From: a virus
DNA: 64,000 nucleotides
Strand: one strand, 5' to 3'
Virus record (IMG/VR): IMGVR_UViG_3300027902_000001
Coordinates: 9,496 to 73,495 of that record
The position numbers and the translations under genes were made by a program. Position 1 is the first letter of the stretch. Every line of letters starts with the position of its first letter. Positions 55,610 to 64,000 of the stretch are shown here, piece after piece. The notes beneath the pieces are model-generated. The model made no database searches, was not told the origin of the DNA, and saw only the letters and a program-made list of their open reading frames with translations.

Positions 55610-56427
55610 ACGAAGATACCTGGCAGCCCTGGCCGTCCGATCCCACAGTGCGCGTGCATCGCCGCGCCGAACTGGCCGTCGATGCGCTTTATATCGGCCC
55701 TGACTCGGTAATTGGGCCGGATGTGGTCATTGAGGGCCGCCGCGTGCGGATCGGTCGCGAAGCCTGGTTGGATCGGGGTGCCTATATCGGCGGCGGCTCC
55801 TGTCATGATCCGTGGGCTGAGTTGCAGGTTGGCGACTGGCTGCACATGGGCCGTCACAGCCACATCAATATCGCCCGTCCGGTTATGATCGGGCACGAAT
55901 TCGGCTGCGGCATCGAAACCAAGGTCTTTGCGCACGGCGCGTACCTGGCGGCGACGGACGGATTTCCGGTGCAGTTCGGCGGCGTCACGATTGGCGACCG
56001 GGTGTGGCTGCCGAACGCCTGGGTCAATCCGGGCGTGACCATCGGCTCCGACGTGGTGGTGGCGGCCCGCAGTCTGGTCAATCGCGACCTGCCGGCGCAT
56101 TGCCTGGCCGGCGGTATTCCGGCCAAAGTGTTGCGCGAGAACTGCTACCCGCGCGCCTTGACCTACGCCGAGACACGCCGCATCTTGCAGCAGGTCCTGT
56201 ACGAAGCCCTGGCGATTCACGGTCACGAAGTAGCTTGCAGTATCGGCGAACACGCCGGCGAAGCGATCATCAAAGCTGAGCATACTTTATTCATGATCGG
56301 CCAGCGCGTTATCAGCGGGCCGGCCAGCCCGTTCAGCGCCGTCTTGAAGAACCAGTTGCGCCGCTATGGCATTCGTTTTCGCTACGCAGCCGTAGACGGT
56401 CAGTGGCAGCCCTGGAGCGAGACTTGA
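55606..56427 (+). CDS. Left-handed beta-helix (hexapeptide) acyltransferase
   Basis: VTIGDRVW...GVTIGSDVVVAARSLV...GGIPAK. Confidence 0.85.
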   Translation: MNEDTWQPWPSDPTVRVHRRAELAVDALYIGPDSVIGPDVVIEGRRVRIGREAWLDRGAYIGGGSCHDPWAELQVGDWLHMGRHSHINIARPVMIGHEFGCGIETKVFAHGAYLAATDGFPVQFGGVTIGDRVWLPNAWVNPGVTIGSDVVVAARSLVNRDLPAHCLAGGIPAKVLRENCYPRALTYAETRRILQQVLYEALAIHGHEVACSIGEHAGEAIIKAEHTLFMIGQRVISGPASPFSAVLKNQLRRYGIRFRYAAVDGQWQPWSET

Positions 56428-57074
56428 TGGACTGGCCGACTGTCAGTGTGCTGATCCCAACCTTTCAACGTCACTTTGTCGTGGCGCGCACGGTCGAATT
56501 GTTCCAGAAGCATCTGATCTATGCCGGGCAGTTGGAGTTCGTCGTGTCCGAGGATGGCCCGGAGTTGCCCGACATTGCCGCTCCTCACGTGCGCGTCGTC
56601 AAGGGGCCGGGGCGCGGCCTGGGTGGCAACCAGAACGCGCTGTTGGCGCAGAACGAGCACGACATTGTGCTGCAAAGCGACGACGACTTCTGGCTCGTCA
56701 CGCCGCTGTTTTTGGACGCACACGTCATGACGCTATTGACGGTGCCGGAGATAGGTTGGATCAAGCTCATGTACCTGGAGGATCACAACTTTACGGCTAC
56801 GCTTAGGGGTATGTACTGGTGGGTGGATTGGTCCAGCCCGGAGCTCTATATCCCATCGAATCGCGCCCATCTGAAGCACCGGCGTTTTCACGCGGCCTTC
56901 GGTATGTATCCCGAAAACGAGAAGTTGGCCGCGACGGAAAATACCTTCTGCGCGCAATGCAAGGCGTTGGCGCAAACGCCCGGCCCGTGGCCGCAAGTTG
57001 TCGCGCCCTTGGGCATGGATACCGAAAACTCCTGGCTGCATGTGGGCCAAAGCTATCAAAAGCAGGGTTACTAG
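56427..57074 (+). CDS. GT2-family glycosyltransferase
   Basis: VSVLIPTFQR, SEDG, QSDDD, HVG. Confidence 0.8.
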   Translation: MDWPTVSVLIPTFQRHFVVARTVELFQKHLIYAGQLEFVVSEDGPELPDIAAPHVRVVKGPGRGLGGNQNALLAQNEHDIVLQSDDDFWLVTPLFLDAHVMTLLTVPEIGWIKLMYLEDHNFTATLRGMYWWVDWSSPELYIPSNRAHLKHRRFHAAFGMYPENEKLAATENTFCAQCKALAQTPGPWPQVVAPLGMDTENSWLHVGQSYQKQGY

Positions 57075-57076
57075 CG

Positions 57077-57847
57077 ATGCCACCTACCGATTTATGGTGT
57101 GACGCAACGGCTAATCACCGGCCTGACGGGTTGCTCAATGCCGTGCCGATTGTGCAGTGTCGCAACGAGGAACGCTTCATCGCGCAGGTTATGCGGCCCT
57201 TGATCGACGTGTTCGGCTATGCGCTGGTCGGCGATACCGGCAGCACCGACGATACGCTGCCGATTCTCCACGCGCTGCGAGATGCCGGTCAGATCGGCCT
57301 CTACGAATTCGGCCTGAGCACGATGGCCGAGGTGGGTCGCGTGCGGCCCCGCCTGGCTGCTGAAGCCTTACGCTTGGGCGCGCGTTTCATGTGGCTGTGT
57401 GACGCCGACGAACTCTACAACGCCTACGTCCTGCGCTATGTCGCCAGCCAACCCTGGCCGACCGGCAAGAGCCTGGGCATGATCGCCGGCGCGACCATCG
57501 AAGAAGTAGACGGCCAGTTCTATGAGCTTGAGGAACGCTATCTGTACAGCGGGCGCACCGCGCTGATTCGCAATGACGATGCCTGGGTGGGCGAATATCC
57601 CTTCGAGGGGCCGGGTGATTTCAACCAGTCCGACCGGCATCACTGGTTCCTACTACCGCCCGGCTGGCGCTACAGCCACTTGCACGTGCATCGCTGTATG
57701 CGCTCCCGCAAGGATGCCGAAGTGCCCTATCGGGTGCAAAAGCAGAAACAGATGTCGATGATCAACGTGCCGGACGTGGGCTTGGGTCTACCCCTGGACA
57801 TCACGGACTGGCTGGCCGCGACAGGAGATGCAGATGGCAGAGCATGA
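57077..57847 (+). CDS. GT2-like glycosyltransferase
   Basis: CRNEERFI, DTGSTDDT, CDADE. Confidence 0.8.
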   Translation: MPPTDLWCDATANHRPDGLLNAVPIVQCRNEERFIAQVMRPLIDVFGYALVGDTGSTDDTLPILHALRDAGQIGLYEFGLSTMAEVGRVRPRLAAEALRLGARFMWLCDADELYNAYVLRYVASQPWPTGKSLGMIAGATIEEVDGQFYELEERYLYSGRTALIRNDDAWVGEYPFEGPGDFNQSDRHHWFLLPPGWRYSHLHVHRCMRSRKDAEVPYRVQKQKQMSMINVPDVGLGLPLDITDWLAATGDADGRA

Positions 57848-58469
57848 TTTACGGACGCAACAAGCGGAGCTACAAGCCCTATGCGGCAAACAAGCGCCGG
57901 CTGAGCCGCCCCTGGATTGGGCGCGTAATCTGTGGAACACGCAGTTCATGGGCATCGGCACGGTGCAGTTCCACGTCGATTTGCTGGTGTGGGAACGCCT
58001 GCTGAACGCGTCACCCGACCTGCGCGGCATCATCGAGCTAGGTTCCGGCAACGGCGGCCTGTCGCTGTATCTGGCCCTGCAAGCCTACCAGCGCCAGATG
58101 CAGTTCGCCACCTTCGATCACATGATCACCGGCGCGGCCGCGACGCCCCTGGGCAAGCTGCTCAACCTGGCCGCGCATTGCTTTGCGGGCGACCTGTTCA
58201 ACGGCGAGCATCGTACCGGACACGATGTCTTGCGGCTGCTGGGGACTTGGGGCCATCCCCTGATCCTGCTGTGTGACGACGGCAACAAGCCGCGCGAATT
58301 CCAGACCTTCGCGCCTGAGTTGAGGCCGGGCGACATCATCGGTGCCCACGACTGGGATAATGAAATCGGACTGGGAGACGTAAGCGCCCTGGGTAATCTG
58401 GTGACGCCCTACTTCTGGCAGGAGTGCGAGGAAATGGGCAGCTTGACGCGCTTCTGGCGGCGCGTCTAG
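57834..58469 (+). CDS. SAM-dependent methyltransferase (CmcI-like)
   Basis: IIELGSGNGG, CDDGNK, LRPGDIIGAHD. Confidence 0.75.
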   Translation: MAEHDLRTQQAELQALCGKQAPAEPPLDWARNLWNTQFMGIGTVQFHVDLLVWERLLNASPDLRGIIELGSGNGGLSLYLALQAYQRQMQFATFDHMITGAAATPLGKLLNLAAHCFAGDLFNGEHRTGHDVLRLLGTWGHPLILLCDDGNKPREFQTFAPELRPGDIIGAHDWDNEIGLGDVSALGNLVTPYFWQECEEMGSLTRFWRRV

Positions 58470-58562
58470 GCTCGTGCGCCGGCGATAAGTGGGTTGGCTT
58501 TTCATCGTTTTGCTGGCCAAGCAGACTGACAGCGCCCACTTATCCCGGCGCAGCCCGGACTA
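58465..58562 (-). ncRNA. Candidate ~100-nt rod-shaped small RNA
   Basis: GCGCCGG-GATAAGTGGG pairs with CCCACTTATC-G-CCGGCGC; TG-c-TATAAT lies just upstream on the minus strand. Confidence 0.55.
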
Positions 58563-58589
58563 AACATAATTATAGCATAGGTTGTCAAG

Positions 58590-58958
58590 ATGTTGTCAAG
58601 TTGGCTAGACTTTACGTTGTGGGCGCTGGCGGTGTGGCGTGTGGCGCATCTGCTGGTGCATGAAGATGGGCCGTGGGCGGTCTTCGCGCGGCTACGGATG
58701 CACGCCGGGATCGGCTACGTGGTGCGCCAGGACGCCGAGGGCCGTCCGACCAGCATGAAGGTGGCGCGCGGCACGCTGGCCGAGGCGCTGACCTGCGTCT
58801 GGTGCGTCTCGGTGTGGGGCGCGCTGCTAGCGGCGCTGCTGGCCTGGTCGCCTTACGGCCACCAAATCGTCTTGACAGCGCGTGATATACTGGCAGTAAG
58901 CGCAGGTGTATGTATCCTGCATGAAGGCGTAACGAGGCTTAGAGATGGCGCTGGCTAG
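58590..58958 (+). CDS. DUF1360-family membrane protein with CxxC
   Basis: LAVWRVAHLLVHEDGP...LR...LTCVWCVSVW. Confidence 0.75.
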   Translation: MLSSWLDFTLWALAVWRVAHLLVHEDGPWAVFARLRMHAGIGYVVRQDAEGRPTSMKVARGTLAEALTCVWCVSVWGALLAALLAWSPYGHQIVLTARDILAVSAGVCILHEGVTRLRDGAG

Positions 58959-59385
58959 TCAGATCAAGAGCATCTTCCGGCGGGCCTGGTTGGCTTACGG
59001 CAAGCCGACCATGACGACAGTGCGCCCTATCGCCTACTGGGCGCTGCCGGCAGGTTTCGCCTACGCTGCCGAGTATGACGCCATCACAAACAGCGCCGGC
59101 ATGGTGCTGACTAACCACGCCGACTACTGGGTGACAGACACGGTGTACATCGTACCGGCCAAGCATACCGCCGATCTGGACATGCTGATCGCGGCCGGTG
59201 TGGTGCCGTCTGGCAGCGTCGATGTCTATATCATGGCCGCCGACGTGGCGCGCGTCAAGGCGTCTCATGCGGCGCAGATCAACGGCGACTGGTATGATGT
59301 GATCGACGTGGGCCAGGCTCCGGTTGGTTATCCGGGCGGCGCGACGGCGCTGTGGGCGCGCGTGCGTCTGCAAAGGAGATCGTAA
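58945..59385 (+). CDS. Head-closure-like protein
   Basis: Position; INGDWYDV beta motif. Confidence 0.5.
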   Translation: MALASQIKSIFRRAWLAYGKPTMTTVRPIAYWALPAGFAYAAEYDAITNSAGMVLTNHADYWVTDTVYIVPAKHTADLDMLIAAGVVPSGSVDVYIMAADVARVKASHAAQINGDWYDVIDVGQAPVGYPGGATALWARVRLQRRS

Positions 59386-59801
59386 TGACCGTCACCATCG
59401 ACAGCATCTACGACGCGCTCTACACCGATCTCAGCACTACTCTAGGGGTCAATGCGACGAAGGGGTATCCCGACTGGGCGCGGCCAGCCGTGATACTGCC
59501 GACTTTCGCGTTAGAATACTTGGCCTGGGCACCGAGCAGCGCGCGTGGGCGCATCGGTCAACGGGACACGCAGCAGATAGCTCAGTATCGCGGCTGGCTG
59601 TTCGCCAGCCATGAGCCGCAACTGGGCGCGCTATTAGCGGGTCTCGCCGCCTGGGCGGCTGCCCATGCGCTGCTTGAACTTGAAGGCCAGCGCATCGTCA
59701 TCACCATCGAAAACGCGCAACGCTATGCCGCCGGAAGTATGGCGCAGCAGGAGTTGCACGCCTTCGTATGGTTACTAACTGCGACCTACGCACTAGCGTA
59801 A
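59385..59801 (+). CDS. Tail terminator-like protein
   Basis: Position before the tail tube; size; IDSIYDALY start. Confidence 0.5.
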   Translation: MTVTIDSIYDALYTDLSTTLGVNATKGYPDWARPAVILPTFALEYLAWAPSSARGRIGQRDTQQIAQYRGWLFASHEPQLGALLAGLAAWAAAHALLELEGQRIVITIENAQRYAAGSMAQQELHAFVWLLTATYALA

Positions 59802-59814
59802 CAAGAGGTGTACG

Positions 59815-60333
59815 ATGACCAAATCTGCTTTCAACTCCTCGCTTGAGGTGCGGCAACCGTACCTCAGCATGGTGTACATGAAGATTCCGGGGGAAGCGGC
59901 CTGGACCTTGGTCGATCAGGGCCGGGTGGTCTCGCCGGCGCAGAAGACCGACAAGAAAGAGTACAAGCGCATCGGCGACTCCAACAGTCTGAGCGTGCCC
60001 GGCACCGTCTCGACCGACGTGACCGTCAACTTCTACCTGGAAGACGACGTGGAAGAAGTGGCGCACCTGCTGAGCGTTGTCAAGCCGGTCTCCGGCGGTT
60101 GGACCGGCAATGAAGTGATCCAACTCGATCCTAGCAAGAAGATCGACATGAAGATCGAGAACTACAACGGCGCGACGACCGGCGCAGCCCTGCTGTTTAC
60201 CGAGTACATCAACGAGTTTCAACCGGGAAACCTGACGCCGAACCTGGATGCCGAGGGCGATGTCCGCATCGTCGAGCTTTCCGGCACCGCCAAGTCCTAC
60301 TACATCATCCCCGTCGCGGGGTTGGGCGTGTAA
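59815..60333 (+). CDS. Major tail tube protein
   Basis: 172 aa beta-rich protein before the chaperone and tape measure; hairpin follows. Confidence 0.65.
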   Translation: MTKSAFNSSLEVRQPYLSMVYMKIPGEAAWTLVDQGRVVSPAQKTDKKEYKRIGDSNSLSVPGTVSTDVTVNFYLEDDVEEVAHLLSVVKPVSGGWTGNEVIQLDPSKKIDMKIENYNGATTGAALLFTEYINEFQPGNLTPNLDAEGDVRIVELSGTAKSYYIIPVAGLGV

Positions 60334-60352
60334 GCTGCGCCGCCAGTATGCC

Positions 60353-60374
60353 GCGGGGGGCGCAAGCCCCCCGC
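60353..60374 (+). terminator. GC-rich GCAA-loop hairpin after the tail tube gene
   Basis: GCGGGGGGC-GCAA-GCCCCCCGC; no U tract. Confidence 0.5.
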
Positions 60375-60391
60375 TAGTCCCAGGAGGGAAT

Positions 60392-61224
60392 GTGAGTAAG
60401 AAAACTCCCAGTAGCACCAGTGAGTTACCGACGACCATGACGGACGTGATGAGCGGCGCGCCGCTGCCGTTCACTGTGGACGGCAAGAACTTCACTGTGC
60501 GCCAGCCGACGACTGAGGAATACGACGACGCGCTGAATCTACAGCGTCTGGTCTACCGTATGGCGCTGGCGCAGCCGCACATCGCGGCGCTGAAGCAATA
60601 TCCGATCACCGACGCCGAGCGCGCCAACTACGAACGGCTGATCGAACGCATCGCCGCCGACCAGACTGCCGCCGATACCGACGCCAAGCGCAACGAGCTT
60701 GAAGACGAGAGGGTCGCCCTGCAAACCGATTTGGAGGCGCGCACGCTGGCCGAAGAAACCTCTTCCGAGCAGGCGATCCTGAAACGGGACCGCTGGCTGA
60801 CGGCGCGGCTGCTGGGCGATGAGGACGGCAAGCCGATCTTCGATCCCCGTGGTAAGAACTTTGCCGCGCAATGGGAGCGGTTGTCGCTGAAGATCAAGGA
60901 CACCGCGCGCCCGTTTATTTGGATCGCCTTGGGGATGGTGCGCGAGGCCCCTTTCTCTTGGGACATGCTACGCGGGCCAAGCTGATCCTGGCCGAACGTT
61001 ATCATGTCTGGCCCCTGGCGCAGCCGCCGGATCGCTTGACAGCAGCCCAGGTGGGCGTGCTGGCCGAGGCGCTGCGCGCGGACACTGTCCCGGTTGATGC
61101 TGAAGGTCACGCGACTAAGACGGACACGGCGCGCAAGCGGTTAGGGCCACGCGTTAGCCGGGCTAAGTTGTTGGAACTGGCGCGTGCCCAGGACGACAGC
61201 ACGCGCGATGTGATGCAAGCCTGA
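60392..61224 (+). CDS. Tail assembly chaperone (60392-60985) with -1 frameshift extension to 61224
   Basis: In-frame slippery heptamer C CCT TTC at 60949-60955; the -1 frame is open to 61224, just before the tape measure. Confidence 0.8.
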
Positions 61225-61236
61225 GCGGGTAGTTAC

Positions 61237-64000
61237 ATGCCTGACATCAACACCGAACAAATCAACGTCATTCTCAACGAGAATGTCGTCGCGCCAGCAG
61301 CCAGAACGACAGCCGCGATTGATAGTATCGCCGCGTCGGCTACCGCGGCCAACGCACCAGTTGTGGCGCTCGCCTCCGCAATGGCGGGCCTCAATACCCA
61401 ACTAGACGCCTTCGCCGCCAAGGGCGCACTGATCAAGTCCATCCTCACCCCTGGCGCGCTGACGGCTGCCGTCAAGGCTCCGGTCGTCCAAGCCGCCGCC
61501 GCCACGGCTCCCGCTATCGCCACTGAACGCACGATTCCCTATTACGCCAACGCCAAACGTCAGGGCGACCTGGTCATGTTGGGGGCCGAACAAAAGGCGC
61601 TTGTCGGCGTCAATGCCGAACTGATCAAACAAGTCGCACTCGAAGAAGCCGTCAGCGTCAAACAGGCCCAACGACTCACGAAGCGCGAAGCTGAACTGGC
61701 GGCTTTGACGCTTGCCACCAGGCAAGGAGGTCTTAACCAGGCCCTCATCGTAGGTAAGCTGCCCAAGACCTACGAAAAAGAGGACCTGAATAAGATTATG
61801 CCGTGGGATGACATTACCCAAAGAGTCAAGCACCTCAGAAACGCCACCGATTCTGCATCTATCGCGGCCTATGCCGCGATACCCGGTTATCAAAAACTTG
61901 CCACGGTGATCAGGGGTGGCTTTAACAAACAAGACATTGATGCCGTTGCTGGCAGTTTCAAGAGGTGGACCGCCTCTTTTGCCGGCCTAACTGTCGGCGA
62001 TAAGTTACACAAACTGGGCATGGACTTTGCGGCCTTCCAGGGCGTCAAGATCGCCGCACCTGATACCGCGTCACTGGAAAGAAGCGCCGGCCTGTTTACG
62101 CGGCTATCGACCGCTATCACTGGCACCGGCACCGCTGCTGGCAAGGCTCGCTCGCCGATGGTCAACCTGGCGATTATCGGTCGCTCGATTCTATCCGCCG
62201 GCACCGTCACTAATTTGCAAGGCGCGGCCTATTATATGTCTCTGGTTGGGCGTGCCGCGACGGGCGCAGCGGTCGGCGTTGGCATCCTTGGCGTTGCCTC
62301 AGTGCTGGCCGGCGTGGCCTTTCTCAAGATTCTCGACATCGGCGCGAAGGCCCAAGGCATCTCCACTGTCTTCGAGAACATGACGCGCAATGCGGGTATA
62401 GCCGGTCAGGCGCTGCTGGGTCAGATGACCACGGCGGCGCGCGGCGCGATTGCGCAAGCCGACCTGATGAAGATGGCTAACCGGGCGCTAATCGCGGGCG
62501 GCGCGGATATTGCTACCCAACTGCCACGGCTGCTGGAGATCGCGCGGGCGTCGTCCATTGCGACCGGTCAAGATGTAGGCTTAGCCTACGATTCGCTGAT
62601 CAAGGGCATCGTGCGCGCTTCGCCCAAGCTGATCGACAACGCCGACATCTATTTGAAGATCGGTGATGCGGTCGGCGAGTACGCGGCTTCAATCCATAAG
62701 TCAGTCGGCGATCTGAACGCCCAGGAGCGCCAGATCGCGGTCCTGAATGCGGTGCTGCGCGAGGGCGACAAGTTCATCTCACAGATGGGTCTATCCGGCG
62801 CAATGGCGTCGGAACGCATGGCTTCGCTGCCGGCCGCGCTCAAGAACGTCACCACGGCGCTCGGCGAGATCGCGGTCCAAAGTGGAGCCGCCGAGCAGAT
62901 CGGCAAGGTGGGCAACTTCTTCAGTGCGGCGGCCAAGGATATTGAGAGCTATACGGCCCTCAAAGACCTGCGTAAGAACTTGGACGCTCTGGGCACCAGC
63001 AATGCGGCTGCGCTCATCAAGAATTTCGACTCAGCCGTCGCCAGTTTGAACCGACAAATCTCCAAGGGCGAAATTTCGCAGGCCGATGGTAAGCGAGCCT
63101 ATCTGGAATATGCGACTGCCTTGGATGTTGCCTACCGGGCCGAGTTGCGCCTGACGGACACGGAAACCTTCATGCGCAAGCTGGAGATCGACCGTGCCGT
63201 AGCCCTGAAAAGGTCCAAGGAGCCGATCACGGATGTCGCCGCGGCGCTGCAAATTTACGCTGATGCGGTTGATGAGGCTGTGGCGGCCTCGACCGGACTT
63301 GGCCCGGTTGTAAACGACATGGCCAAGCTGTACGGCGACATGGCCGGTCTGGCCAAAGTCAAGATCGACCTACCCAAGCTCGGCGCGACTACCCTGGGCA
63401 CGGATACCGACAAGCTGCGCGCCGACCTGACGGCCCTGGCCAAGCTCTACCCTGAACTATTCAAGGGTTTTGCCGGGCACGGCCGCGACCCGTTCGCGTT
63501 GGTCGATGGCATGAAGGCCGCGCAGGAATCTGCTATTGCGATGGCCGCCGCGTTGCCGACACCGATTGAGCGCCTGAATCAACTGGCGGTCTTCACCTAT
63601 GGCGCGGGGGCATCGGCCAAAGACTTCATCGACAAGTGGGATCAAGCGCCGGCCATCGCGCAGGCCGCCGCGGTACAGCTTGGTCTGCTGACGGTCTCAT
63701 TGGCAGACTTGCGCGCCCAACTGCAAGCACCAGCCACTGTTGATCTGCAGGTCAAGGGCTACGAAGACCTGCAAAAGAGTCTGACCTCGACCCTGGCCGG
63801 TCTGACCAATATGATGCCGTTCGGCGACTTGCTTCGGGCGCAGGATACCTACACGGCGCAAGCCTACAACGACTGGCAAGCCTTCCTGGCCCAGTATCCT
63901 ACTGCCACCGCCGCCGAGCTTGATTTTGAGCGCACGATCCTGGAAAGCAAGTACAAGGGTCTGTCGGAAACGCGCACCGCTTACGCTAAACAAGCCCTGG
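61237..64000 (+). CDS. Tape measure protein (3' truncated)
   Basis: Long Ala-rich helical ORF; DLMKMAN...LLEIARA...ATGQDV...SPKLIDN tape-measure motifs. Confidence 0.85.
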   Translation, partial: MPDINTEQINVILNENVVAPAARTTAAIDSIAASATAANAPVVALASAMAGLNTQLDAFAAKGALIKSILTPGALTAAVKAPVVQAAAATAPAIATERTIPYYANAKRQGDLVMLGAEQKALVGVNAELIKQVALEEAVSVKQAQRLTKREAELAALTLATRQGGLNQALIVGKLPKTYEKEDLNKIMPWDDITQRVKHLRNATDSASIAAYAAIPGYQKLATVIRGGFNKQDIDAVAGSFKRWTASFAGLTVGDKLHKLGMDFAAFQGVKIAAPDTASLERSAGLFTRLSTAITGTGTAAGKARSPMVNLAIIGRSILSAGTVTNLQGAAYYMSLVGRAATGAAVGVGILGVASVLAGVAFLKILDIGAKAQGISTVFENMTRNAGIAGQALLGQMTTAARGAIAQADLMKMANRALIAGGADIATQLPRLLEIARASSIATGQDVGLAYDSLIKGIVRASPKLIDNADIYLKIGDAVGEYAASIHKSVGDLNAQERQIAVLNAVLREGDKFISQMGLSGAMASERMASLPAALKNVTTALGEIAVQSGAAEQIGKVGNFFSAAAKDIESYTALKDLRKNLDALGTSNAAALIKNFDSAVASLNRQISKGEISQADGKRAYLEYATALDVAYRAELRLTDTETFMRKLEIDRAVALKRSKEPITDVAAALQIYADAVDEAVAASTGLGPVVNDMAKLYGDMAGLAKVKIDLPKLGATTLGTDTDKLRADLTALAKLYPELFKGFAGHGRDPFALVDGMKAAQESAIAMAAALPTPIERLNQLAVFTYGAGASAKDFIDKWDQAPAIAQAAAVQLGLLTVSLADLRAQLQAPATVDLQVKGYEDLQKSLTSTLAGLTNMMPFGDLLRAQDTYTAQAYNDWQAFLAQYPTATAAELDFERTILESKYKGLSETRTAYAKQAL

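Noticed and set aside
1-64000. Prophage boundary or integrase
   Set aside because: No recombinase or host housekeeping gene recognised, so lifestyle cannot be assigned from this window

Overview
The window is part of a GC-rich tailed-phage (siphovirus-like) genome. A Chloroflexota-like host is tentatively inferred from protein features. No integrase, att site or host housekeeping gene was recognised. From ~28.8 kb leftwards (minus strand) run early small-ORF genes and a replication module (DUF932-like protein, replisome organiser, DnaB, MazG, RusA, RNA ligase, an amber-interrupted methylase, tRNA-Glu). From ~29.8 kb rightwards (plus strand) run the late genes: ParB-methylase, TerS, TerL with a class-3 mini-intein, HslV-like peptidase, portal, ChaB-protease-scaffold, Cys-rich capsid, repeat-rich adhesin, a six-gene glycan-modification cassette, DUF1360, tail tube, frameshifted chaperone and tape measure (runs off the end). 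The unusual signal is mostly non-coding. It includes two type-II hammerhead ribozymes at early gene junctions, degenerate tRNA-like elements and several large structured-RNA candidates. There are also at least 13 co-oriented CATAC-N7-GGA sites at early gene starts, a TTGWCA-N8-TATMMT motif before late genes, an 11-bp-phased GAC array and integron-type attC cassettes. All calls were made by eye, without database searches.
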